In this document: positions 16,206 to 22,577 of the stretch, piece by piece
Numbering within the stretch: the first letter of the stretch is position 1
How the letters are laid out: each line of letters starts with the position of its first letter
Source: a virus
Reading direction: 5' to 3' (one strand)
Virus record (IMG/VR): IMGVR_UViG_3300043478_000025
DNA: 43,683 nucleotides
The notes under the pieces: model-generated
Told to the model about the DNA's origin: nothing
The model's input: the letters and a program-made list of their open reading frames with translations, nothing else
The model's database searches: none
Made by a program: the position numbers and the translations under genes

Positions 16206-16236
16206 GGAACTACACCAGGACATCTAGTGTAGAACC
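16206..16236 (-). repeat. GGAACTACA-family intergenic hairpin (copy b)
   Basis: Plus strand: ggaactacac-caggacatcta-gtgtagaacc. The stem CTACAC/GTGTAG is flanked by conserved GGAA...AACC (two mismatches then two G-C pairs). It lies 16 nt after the stop at 16252. Confidence 0.75.
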
Positions 16237-16251
16237 CGAAGCCACTACAGG

Positions 16252-16446
16252 CTACTCGTGAAGCTCAATTGAAAGTGACTCCGGGTCTTCGAGAAGTTCG
16301 CCGATGTCGAGAACTCCCTGATCCCAGTCGTAACTCAGAGTCTCACAGACTTGTGCCGGAGTCGGTTCCGGTGCGTCCAGTTCTATCTCCTTGTAGTCGT
16401 TGGTATCGACCCGGATGATTACTGTTACCTTGATGGGAATGATCAT
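16252..16446 (-). CDS. Hypothetical acidic protein (64 aa)
   Basis: ORF-track ORF with RBS GGAGAAGAG just upstream. Confidence 0.6.
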   Translation of the reverse strand: MIIPIKVTVIIRVDTNDYKEIELDAPEPTPAQVCETLSYDWDQGVLDIGELLEDPESLSIELHE

Positions 16447-16447
16447 T

Positions 16448-16618
16448 TTACTCTTCTCCTGTATCTACCGGGGGTCCGTCGTAACTACAGTCTCTCGGTT
16501 GAGAGAGTTCGTCGTAGCAAACGCTACTGTTGTTCTCGGAGCGAATCCACAACCCAACCAGAAGTGCTACGACCATCGCTATGATCAGCATCCTGATTAC
16601 TTTCCAGTCGTCGGACAT
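16448..16618 (-). CDS. Small membrane protein (56 aa)
   Basis: Own translation: MSDDWKVIRMLIIAMVVALLVGLWIRSENNSSVCYDELSQPRDCSYDGPPVDTGEE. RBS GAGGAG lies 9 nt upstream. Preferred over the overlapping track ORF 16524..16754. Confidence 0.5.
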   Translation of the reverse strand: MSDDWKVIRMLIIAMVVALLVGLWIRSENNSSVCYDELSQPRDCSYDGPPVDTGEE

Positions 16619-16680
16619 CGTTATCTATCTCCTCACAAGCCTGTAGTATTAGTCTTAGATGGTAGTCTGTAGTTCCGTAA

Positions 16681-16977
16681 TCACGTTTGGATAAGCTTGA
16701 CATCGGCGTCCTGTATGTAGAGGGTTTCGTTGTGACGGAAGAAACGGTGCGCAACTACAACGCACCGCCCTTCTTCCTCTTGAACGCCGTTCACTCTACC
16801 TGTAAGATGGTCTACACTCAGCGGAACGTACTTTCGCACGCTGTAGCTAAAACGCAACGCACTGATGTTGCTGTTGTAGTTGAACGTTCGCACCGCAGGC
16901 ATTTCTACTATCTCACCCGAAGGCAAGTAAATTGCCGTTACTCCTTGGTCAGTTATCTCTTCCTTCTGTCGTGGCAT
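16681..16977 (-). CDS. Hypothetical protein (98 aa from ATG 16977; the track ORF extends to GTG 17070)
   Basis: A strong RBS GAGGAGAAGT lies before the ATG at 16977. No RBS precedes the GTG at 17070. Confidence 0.55.
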   Translation of the reverse strand: MPRQKEEITDQGVTAIYLPSGEIVEMPAVRTFNYNSNISALRFSYSVRKYVPLSVDHLTGRVNGVQEEEGRCVVVAHRFFRHNETLYIQDADVKLIQT

Positions 16978-17088
16978 ACTTCTCCTCACGCCAACTCGGC
17001 CCATACTTCCTCGGAGAACATATCTATAGGCATCATTGCGATGAGTAGTATCAGTCCCTCGAAGAAACACTTGATGAGATAGTCATTC

Positions 17089-17268
17089 TCAGGCACTTGC
17101 TCTCCTTAGTTGTTCTGAAAGTCTGACGTGATTGATGTTGACGAACTTCTGGTACATCATCGCAGCACCAACGAACTTCTTGTGATCGGCGGTGCTGTTG
17201 TTTCGTCGTCGGTAGTAGTTGACGAGAAGCGAGAACGCTTCTGTTTGCTTCTCTGCTTGCGTTTGCAT
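17089..17268 (-). CDS. Small basic protein (59 aa)
   Basis: Own translation: MQTQAEKQTEAFSLLVNYYRRRNNSTADHKKFVGAAMMYQKFVNINHVRLSEQLRRASA. TAATG overlap with the upstream stop. One residue below the track cut-off. Confidence 0.45.
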   Translation of the reverse strand: MQTQAEKQTEAFSLLVNYYRRRNNSTADHKKFVGAAMMYQKFVNINHVRLSEQLRRASA

Positions 17269-17510
17269 TAGGACAGCTCCCTCATCACAGTCACGATGCG
17301 GTTCTCACAGTCGGCTAGTTCGGTGAGAATGTTCTTCTGGATGATCCGAAGAAGCGAGAGTTCGTAGTTCTTGGCCGAACGGCGAGTTGCGAACAGAACG
17401 CAGCACTTGCACTTCATTCGACCTAGTTCGATGAAGCTGCCGGAATCGAACTCCGTGAACTGCGGAGGACCGTCGTAGATCCCATCGCTCACTTTGTAGT
17501 ACGTGGTCAT
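17268..17510 (-). CDS. Hypothetical protein (80 aa)
   Basis: ORF-track ORF with RBS AAGGAGAAACGA before the ATG. First gene after hairpin 17537-17562. Confidence 0.65.
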   Translation of the reverse strand: MTTYYKVSDGIYDGPPQFTEFDSGSFIELGRMKCKCCVLFATRRSAKNYELSLLRIIQKNILTELADCENRIVTVMRELS

Positions 17511-17536
17511 TCGTTTCTCCTTAGTAGTAAGCTGGA

Positions 17537-17562
17537 GGAACTACACCCTGAGGTGTAGAACC
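17537..17562 (-). repeat. GGAACTACA-family intergenic hairpin (copy a)
   Basis: Plus strand: ggaactacacc-ctga-ggtgtagaacc. 7-bp stem with a 4-nt loop and conserved GGAA/AACC flanks. Lies 18 nt after the SNF2 stop. Confidence 0.8.
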
Positions 17563-17579
17563 TTCAACCGGCTACTGGT

Positions 17580-19541
17580 TCACTTCTTGTTGAGCCAGTC
17601 CTGGAGCTTGTTTCTCCATTCACTGGCCCGGAGTGCTGTGTGTTCGGTGATTCCTTCCGCCTCCATGATCTTGTCTTCGCAAATGCCGTCGATGATGTTG
17701 TCGACAGTTCCGTCGCAGATGTACTTGTGAACCGTTACCGGCTCCAAGCAATCGAGCCTCCAAGCTCGATCTTCTGCCTGTAGGTTCCGCTGTGGGTTGT
17801 ACCAACGATCCAACATGATGACGTTGGAACTTCCTCCATCCCACCGCTTGTCTTTGTGTAGATTCAGACCTTCGGCGCCGGCTCCCATGTTCAGGATCAG
17901 GACGTTGATCTTGTTGTCCTGGAAATCCTTCTCGATGTCTGCCGTATCTCTGGTCGTAAGCCTCTTGTCTCCGGTGATGGCTTCGCAGGACAATCCCATC
18001 TCCTTGAATCGCTCCATGAGATAAGCGATCGGAGAGTTGAACTGAGCACTGAAGATCAGAACGTTCTCCTTCTCGGACATGACCAACTCGAAGACATGCT
18101 CTGCGCAGTAATCGAGCTTGACGAGAGGACCGTTCAGGTGCTTGAGCACCTTCTTCTTCTGGATGTTCCCGTCGTTGTCCTTGATGATGAACCCGTTCTG
18201 GTCCTTGATCGGAACCGAAACGTTGAAGTCCTCAGCGACCAGCGAGATGCGAGCGTAGTGGAGTTCTGCCAGGATTCCGGCAATGGAAACCATGTCGTCG
18301 CCGAGTTCGTCCAGCTTGATCATGAAGTCTTCCATGACCTGCTTCTGGAAGTTCCAGAGATCGCTTCCTGGACTCATCTCCACGAAATGCTCCTGGTAGA
18401 GCTTGTCGTGCATGAACAAGCCGATTTCCTTCTTCGTCTTGCGGAAGAAGTTCGCTGAGATGACTCGCATGATGAGTTCGATCGAGATTCCGATCGAGTA
18501 AGCCATCATGAAGGTCCGCTTGAAATGCTGACGGCTCGGGAACTGAACGGGATTGAACAAGTGGGTGTAAGCCCAGACTTCTTCGCTTCCGTTGTTGATC
18601 AGAGAACCCGACATGAAGATCGGGAACGGACGACCTTCGGCCTTAACCTCGAAAGCGTCATCGTTCCATTGGTACTTGGAATGTCCGGCCGGCAATGCAA
18701 CTACACGCATGCTTTCGGTTCCGTGGAGAAGCTTCTTGAGTCCCAACCACATCTTGGTAGGACCAGAAGCGTTTGCACCACCACGAAGTCGGTGCATTTC
18801 GTCGACTGCGATGACCATCCAATCACGCTGCTCGAACTCCTTCATGAGAGAAGTGTTCAGAGCTTCGTAGTTGGTGATGTAAGTTTCCGGAAGTCCGGCA
18901 GCCTGTAGGGTTTCGCCCATGAAGTTCAACATGGCGACTCTGGTGTCGGAAGCTCCGAGAAGAGGAACGATGTTCAATCCCCATTCCTTGCACTGACGAG
19001 CGGAAGACTTCACGAGTGCGCTCTTAGTCAGCCAAAGACACGGAGCCTTCGGAAACAAGATGCGCAAGCCTCGGATCGTCATTGCGGTCTCAGCAGTCTT
19101 ACCGAGCGAGGTATCGTTTGCGTTGAAGATACCCCACTGACCGGTAACTTCTGGACGCAGGAAACGATCCCACGAGAAGATCAGATCTGCCTTCTGGTAG
19201 TCTCGGAGCTTTGTCCACTCCGGCCACTGGCTTACGCCAGAAAGGATCTTCTCCAACGGAGGGTTGGTAAGGTCCGGTTCCTTCTGAAGCTTCTCACGAG
19301 CTTCCATCTTCGCTCGTGCCAAACCTCGTTCGGCGACTTCCAGATCTGTTCTTGCGTTCGTCTTCTGGAAGTAGGCGGTCTGCTTCTTCTGACGAGCAAC
19401 CTCCAACTTCTCTCGGAGTTCGTTGAGTTGGACTGAAAGCTGGCGGACTTCCTCGTCCAGAGTATCGTACTCCGAATCCAAGTCCTGGATGCTTTCGGTT
19501 AGCTCACGAACCTTGTCACTGAAATCTTCGATGTCTCCCAT
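17580..19541 (-). CDS. SNF2/RAD54-family helicase with an N-terminal coiled coil (653 aa from ATG 19541)
   Basis: Motif I DTSLGKTAE, motif II DEMHRLRGG, motif V GAGAEGLNL, motif VI WYNPQRNLQAEDRAWR. The track start at 19625 would translate through hairpin 19585-19616. ATG 19541 is preceded by ACGAGAGAGAAC. Confidence 0.85.
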   Translation of the reverse strand: MGDIEDFSDKVRELTESIQDLDSEYDTLDEEVRQLSVQLNELREKLEVARQKKQTAYFQKTNARTDLEVAERGLARAKMEAREKLQKEPDLTNPPLEKILSGVSQWPEWTKLRDYQKADLIFSWDRFLRPEVTGQWGIFNANDTSLGKTAETAMTIRGLRILFPKAPCLWLTKSALVKSSARQCKEWGLNIVPLLGASDTRVAMLNFMGETLQAAGLPETYITNYEALNTSLMKEFEQRDWMVIAVDEMHRLRGGANASGPTKMWLGLKKLLHGTESMRVVALPAGHSKYQWNDDAFEVKAEGRPFPIFMSGSLINNGSEEVWAYTHLFNPVQFPSRQHFKRTFMMAYSIGISIELIMRVISANFFRKTKKEIGLFMHDKLYQEHFVEMSPGSDLWNFQKQVMEDFMIKLDELGDDMVSIAGILAELHYARISLVAEDFNVSVPIKDQNGFIIKDNDGNIQKKKVLKHLNGPLVKLDYCAEHVFELVMSEKENVLIFSAQFNSPIAYLMERFKEMGLSCEAITGDKRLTTRDTADIEKDFQDNKINVLILNMGAGAEGLNLHKDKRWDGGSSNVIMLDRWYNPQRNLQAEDRAWRLDCLEPVTVHKYICDGTVDNIIDGICEDKIMEAEGITEHTALRASEWRNKLQDWLNKK

Positions 19542-19584
19542 GTTCTCTCTCGTTTGTGTGTTGTCCGCCAGTCGAGTAACTGGT

Positions 19585-19616
19585 GGAACTACAGCAACTG
19601 TAGTTGCTGTAGAACC
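19585..19616 (-). repeat. GGAACTACA-family intergenic hairpin (copy g)
   Basis: Plus strand: ggaactacagcaac-tgta-gttgctgtagaacc. 10-bp stem with conserved flanks. Lies 10 nt after the stop at 19626. Confidence 0.8.
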
Positions 19617-19625
19617 GTCAATCAC

Positions 19626-19904
19626 TCACAAGCCCTTGCTTGGTCCCCAAGGAGTTGTGACTCCTTGTATGCGAACCCAGTGTTCTCTGTAGTAATCGAG
19701 ATCCTGCTTCGCCAGATCGGCCATTGTTTGGCCGTTGTTCGGATCGAGTTCCGTTGGCTGATCCGAGAAGCAGTAGTAACCGTCTGAGCTTTCTATGAAC
19801 TCCTCGACTTCTTCGTCTTGCATGTCTTCCGGGATTGCTACGATCGCACAACCGTCAAGCTGTGAGAACGTGGTTCCGTCGGCGAGTACCATGACCCACT
19901 TCAT
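19626..19904 (-). CDS. Hypothetical acidic protein (92 aa)
   Basis: ORF-track ORF. The alternative-frame ORF 19618..19851 is judged a shadow. Confidence 0.6.
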   Translation of the reverse strand: MKWVMVLADGTTFSQLDGCAIVAIPEDMQDEEVEEFIESSDGYYCFSDQPTELDPNNGQTMADLAKQDLDYYREHWVRIQGVTTPWGPSKGL

Positions 19905-19908
19905 AATG

Positions 19909-20091
19909 TCAGTCGTCCTCTTGTAGTTCGTACTTGGCCATGTGTTCGGCGCAGAACGGGTTGTACTTGCGGACCTTGGTCGATCCGACTTCGTCTCCGT
20001 CCCAAACCATCTTGTACTGCACTTTCTTCTCGCAGTACACGTTCTTCCCGTCCTTGTTGACGAGCCAACGGCAGGAATGCTTCAGTGTCAC
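19909..20091 (-). CDS. Small Cys/His protein (60 aa, GTG start)
   Basis: KHSCRW...VYCEKK...FCAEH is a possible zinc site. Preceded by the leader CCAACTAACGAAAGAGACAGAA and hairpin 20115-20145. Confidence 0.55.
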   Translation of the reverse strand: MTLKHSCRWLVNKDGKNVYCEKKVQYKMVWDGDEVGSTKVRKYNPFCAEHMAKYELQEDD

Positions 20092-20114
20092 TTCTGTCTC
20101 TTTCGTTAGTTGGG

Positions 20115-20169
20115 GGAACTACAGGAAGTTGTTCCTGTAGAATCCTCAAGCAACGAAGGGAACTACACC
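20115..20169 (-). repeat. GGAACTACA-family hairpin (copy c) plus an extra half-site
   Basis: Plus strand: ggaactacaggaa-gttg-ttcctgtagaatcc (20115-20145, 9-bp stem). An additional ggaactaca lies at 20159-20167, directly after the stop at 20171. Confidence 0.75.
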
Positions 20170-20170
20170 T

Positions 20171-20356
20171 TCATGCTTTCTCGATGTCGTTACCGTCGAT
20201 CCACTCGTCTAGCTCGGTGTCGTCGAAACGAACCAGGCAACGAATGACCAGAAGTGAATCCTCCGAAGTGTCGATCTCGCACACTTGGAGAGTTCCTGTC
20301 ATCTCTTCGTTCCCGATGACTCGGACCTTGTCGCCTACGTAGAAGTCGGTAGCCAT
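20171..20356 (-). CDS. Hypothetical small protein (61 aa)
   Basis: ORF-track ORF and the first gene after promoter 20441-20469. Leader is CGACTACTGAAAAGAGACAGAGA. Confidence 0.6.
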   Translation of the reverse strand: MATDFYVGDKVRVIGNEEMTGTLQVCEIDTSEDSLLVIRCLVRFDDTELDEWIDGNDIEKA

Positions 20357-20440
20357 TCTCTGTCTCTTTTCAGTAGTCGGCTTTAAGTAGCAAACGCTAC
20401 GGTGCGCCGCCCGGTAGGCAGTACCCTGGCGGGTGCGGAC

Positions 20441-20479
20441 ATCTTAGCATAGGTCCCTTAGCTTGTCAATAGCTAAGGG
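20441..20479 (-). promoter_or_regulatory. Near-consensus sigma70-type promoter with its -35 box centred in a perfect 9-bp palindrome (operator candidate)
   Basis: Minus strand: TTGACA (20469-20464), 17-nt spacer, TAAGAT (20446-20441). Palindrome cccttagct (20455-20463) / agctaaggg (20471-20479) brackets the -35 hexamer. Confidence 0.65.
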
Positions 20480-20607
20480 AGAAAGCTTTTCGTAGAAAGG
20501 TAGAACTGGTTTCAAGGGAACTACAGTTAAAAGGCTTTAAGTGGCCCACTTTCCACGAAGAAATTCGGGAAGCGAACGGGTTATGGGGGGGCGAACAGGC
20601 GTTCGGT

Positions 20608-20792
20608 TGTAGAGATCTCTACATCTGTAGATTTGTCTACAGTTGGGGTGTAGAGATTCCTACAGGCCGACAGGGGGTCTGACCTGCGGTTTGTCGAGAA
20701 GTCTACAGGGGCGGTGTAAGAATCTCTACCAGCCGCTTGGAAGGGGTGAAACCCCAATTCCAAGGGCGGAGTGGAATGTAGACATCTCTACA
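20608..20792. repeat. Cluster of TGTAGA/TCTACA palindromes plus a strong stem-loop (candidate origin or multi-operator)
   Basis: tgtagagatctctaca 20608-20623 (perfect 16 bp). ctgtaga-tttg-tctacag 20625-20642. gtgtag-agattc-ctacag 20648-20665. tctaca...tgtaaga 20702-20721 (imperfect). tgtaga-catc-tctaca 20777-20792. Stem-loop cttggaaggggt-gaa-accccaattccaag at 20736-20764. Confidence 0.75.
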
Positions 20793-20875
20793 GGGGCGTC
20801 GAAACCTCTACACGACTTATAGGCGTTTTCCGCTACTGTAGGATCAATACGGACCCCAAACTAACGGAAATTGGT

Positions 20876-20957
20876 AAGCGGCCACGTAGCTGTATGACCC
20901 CGCGTGTTACAAAGTTGTCATACTTTAAAGCGGCCCTGTAACTGTATGAACCCCGCC
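20876..20957. repeat. Imperfect ~29-bp direct repeat pair
   Basis: aagcggccacgtagctgtatgaccccgcg (20876-20904) versus aagcggccctgtaactgtatgaaccccgcc (20928-20957), about 25 of 29 positions identical. The spacer holds tgttacaaagt, which also occurs in the 22.6-kb control region. Confidence 0.7.
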
Positions 20958-21006
20958 GCCGGCGGTTCGGCGAACGCCGTTCGTCTTTCGACGTTCGGCC
21001 GAACGT
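20955..21006. repeat. GC-rich CGAACG/CGTTCG palindromes
   Basis: ccgccggcgg 20955-20964, cgaacg-c-cgttcg 20971-20983, and the perfect 16-bp acgttcggccgaacgt 20991-21006. A related cgaac-aggc-gttcg lies at 20592-20605. Confidence 0.65.
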
Positions 21007-21007
21007 A

Positions 21008-21025
21008 GGGGAGGTTTCCCTCCCC
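21008..21025 (-). terminator. Stem-loop terminator candidate after gene 21032..21256
   Basis: Minus-strand GGGGAGG-GAAA-CCTCCCC: perfect 7-bp stem with a GNRA-type tetraloop, 6 nt after the stop. There is no clear U tract. Confidence 0.5.
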
Positions 21026-21031
21026 GTCGTT

Positions 21032-21256
21032 CTAGCAGTCGTAGCCGGCGCAGTAGAGGATATCCTCTTCCGCCTTGTTCCAGTTCGAGGCGTACTGTTC
21101 GGCGAGAATGAGTAGGACGTGTTCTGCCATCTCTACCTGCCCGGAGTCGATTCCGTGCTTCTCGACGGCCCGAGTGTAGTACCCCGCCGCTTTCACGAGA
21201 AGCGGATACCGCTCGCACTTTCGGATTTCGTTCATCTGCTCTTCGGTCATGAACAC
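21032..21256 (-). CDS. Hypothetical protein (74 aa)
   Basis: ORF-track ORF, starting at GTG 21256 or ATG 21250. The overlapping ORF 20925..21284 is judged a shadow. Confidence 0.6.
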   Translation of the reverse strand: MFMTEEQMNEIRKCERYPLLVKAAGYYTRAVEKHGIDSGQVEMAEHVLLILAEQYASNWNKAEEDILYCAGYDC

Positions 21257-21337
21257 AGTCTATCCTGCCTCTTGTCGTTTCCACCGATCGGCGGAGGGAA
21301 TCTCCGGAAACTTCTCCCCGGAGACTCCCCTCGCAGA

Positions 21338-22144
21338 TCAGCCGACCTTCGTCAACCAGATCTTCCGGTTCTCGTGAAGGACCGCTTTCTTCGGCTCTTC
21401 GTCACCGACGGCGAAGTAGTCGGAGTGCCAGTTGTCGAACTTCTCCGCAATCTCCGCCGGCTTCTTGACGCCGAAGAGCTTGAAAGCCGCTTCTCCGAGC
21501 GTGGCGCACTCGAATAGCGCACCGTTGACCACGAACTTGACGTTCGTGTTGTGCGCTCGGAGCGCTCCGACGTTCGTCACCGTGACTTCGGCAGACTTCT
21601 CCGCCGGAGCGTTTGGGATGATCCACGTTCCGTCTTCTCGCCTCCCACCGAACTTCTTGATCGTCGGGAGATCGAGGATCATCTTGACGGTCATCTTCTC
21701 GATCACGCCCTGCTCGATCATCGTGACAGTTCCGTTCAGAACCTTCACGAGCGTCGCCCGAACTTCTCCGAGATCCGTGTCGGCCGGAATCTGTCCCCGG
21801 ACGTTCTTCTGCGCATAGCGCCCGAAGAGCTCGGAGAGCAGAACGGTCATGAGATCGTTCAGCTTTCGCTGGAAGAGCAGGAGACCGTTCGTGGTCGCCG
21901 TCGTGAACATCCATTCTTGGATGTTCGTCAGTTCCGGGAGCTCTTCGGTCGACTTTTCGTCGATCGACTGCGCCGCTTTCCACTGAGCGAAGTTCTGGTC
22001 GAACTTCCCCGTCAAGATCTGGTGTGCCAGATCGTAGAAAGCCGCCTTCTCTTCCAGGATCCGCAGACCGTTGTTCACGGACGAATCCTCGTGATAGACC
22101 ACTTCCGGAGTCTCCGCCGGTTCGGTCGTGTTCTCGTCTTCCAT
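21338..22144 (-). CDS. Abundant-looking early protein (268 aa), function unknown
   Basis: Strong G/C-ending codon bias gives long shadow ORFs (21402..22214, 21551..22171, 21432..21818). Leader is CAAGAAAGAGGCAAGC. No TGTAG/CTACA inside the gene. Confidence 0.75.
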   Translation of the reverse strand: MEDENTTEPAETPEVVYHEDSSVNNGLRILEEKAAFYDLAHQILTGKFDQNFAQWKAAQSIDEKSTEELPELTNIQEWMFTTATTNGLLLFQRKLNDLMTVLLSELFGRYAQKNVRGQIPADTDLGEVRATLVKVLNGTVTMIEQGVIEKMTVKMILDLPTIKKFGGRREDGTWIIPNAPAEKSAEVTVTNVGALRAHNTNVKFVVNGALFECATLGEAAFKLFGVKKPAEIAEKFDNWHSDYFAVGDEEPKKAVLHENRKIWLTKVG

Positions 22145-22183
22145 GCTTGCCTCTTTCTTGTGCCAGCCTAGTTGCTGGTGGAG

Positions 22184-22205
22184 CCATTCTACCGTGGCAG
22201 AATGG
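22184..22205 (-). repeat. Variant intergenic hairpin with the family flanks but a different stem
   Basis: Plus strand: gg-ag-ccattct-accgtggc-agaatgg-aa-cc. It keeps the GGAR...AACC frame of the GGAACTACA hairpins while the 7-bp stem sequence differs. Confidence 0.55.
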
Positions 22206-22230
22206 AACCATCAACCTCCGAGCCGCTATT

Positions 22231-22425
22231 TCAGTAGTCCAGCCAGCAAAGCCTAGGGCCGTGCGCTCCCGGATCCGTGAGATGAACTACCATCGGCGCC
22301 ATCGTCGGGATGAATACCATCTCCGTGACAGTGTGCGTCGGGTCGAACTTCTCGCAGCACACTATGATGGCGCCCCATTCGTCACGCCGTGACCAGACTT
22401 GCATCTCGATCTCGTTCTCGTTCAC
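22231..22425 (-). CDS. First early gene, hypothetical (64 aa from GTG 22425; track ORF from TTG 22479)
   Basis: AGCGAGAGGGACAAA-GTG matches the conserved purine-rich leader. The longer version would start inside the predicted -35 box. Confidence 0.5.
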   Translation of the reverse strand: MNENEIEMQVWSRRDEWGAIIVCCEKFDPTHTVTEMVFIPTMAPMVVHLTDPGAHGPRLCWLDY

Positions 22426-22451
22426 TTTGTCCCTCTCGCTTGTGTAGTTCC

Positions 22452-22479
22452 ATTCTAGCGTCCGATTCCCGTTTCGCAA
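22452..22479 (-). promoter_or_regulatory. Sigma70-type leftward early promoter candidate
   Basis: Minus strand: TTGCGA (22479-22474), 16-nt spacer, TAGAAT (22457-22452), immediately followed by GGAACTACA. Confidence 0.55.
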
Positions 22480-22577
22480 CTCCGCTCCGAAACTTTCTTT
22501 CGGATCCGATTCTTGCGTTCCGTCCGTTTCGCTTGTGATATCAGTTTACCGGGTCCGGCCGGAAACCCACGCCGAAA

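Noticed and set aside
16524-16754. 76-aa minus-strand track ORF
   Set aside because: It overlaps the end of gene 16681..16977 by 74 nt and lacks an RBS. The alternative-frame 56-aa TM ORF (16448..16618) has a GAGGAG RBS and couples precisely to the next start.
20581-20763. 60-aa ORF in the 20.6-kb region (and 20925..21284, 119 aa)
   Set aside because: The first is composed of the TGTAGA/TCTACA palindromes and has no RBS. The second is an Arg-rich shadow of gene 21032..21256.
20608-20792. Possible CRISPR array
   Set aside because: The repeats are short (5-8 bp arms), palindromic, irregularly spaced and have no uniform spacers. No cas genes are present; the Cas4-like nuclease at 9424..10392 is part of the standard phage recombination module.
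21402-22214. 270-aa, 206-aa and 128-aa ORFs overlapping 21338..22144 in other frames or on the other strand
   Set aside because: Arg/Gly/Asp-rich nonsense-like translations typical of off-frame reading of a codon-biased gene. The 268-aa frame has the conserved leader and a sensible composition.
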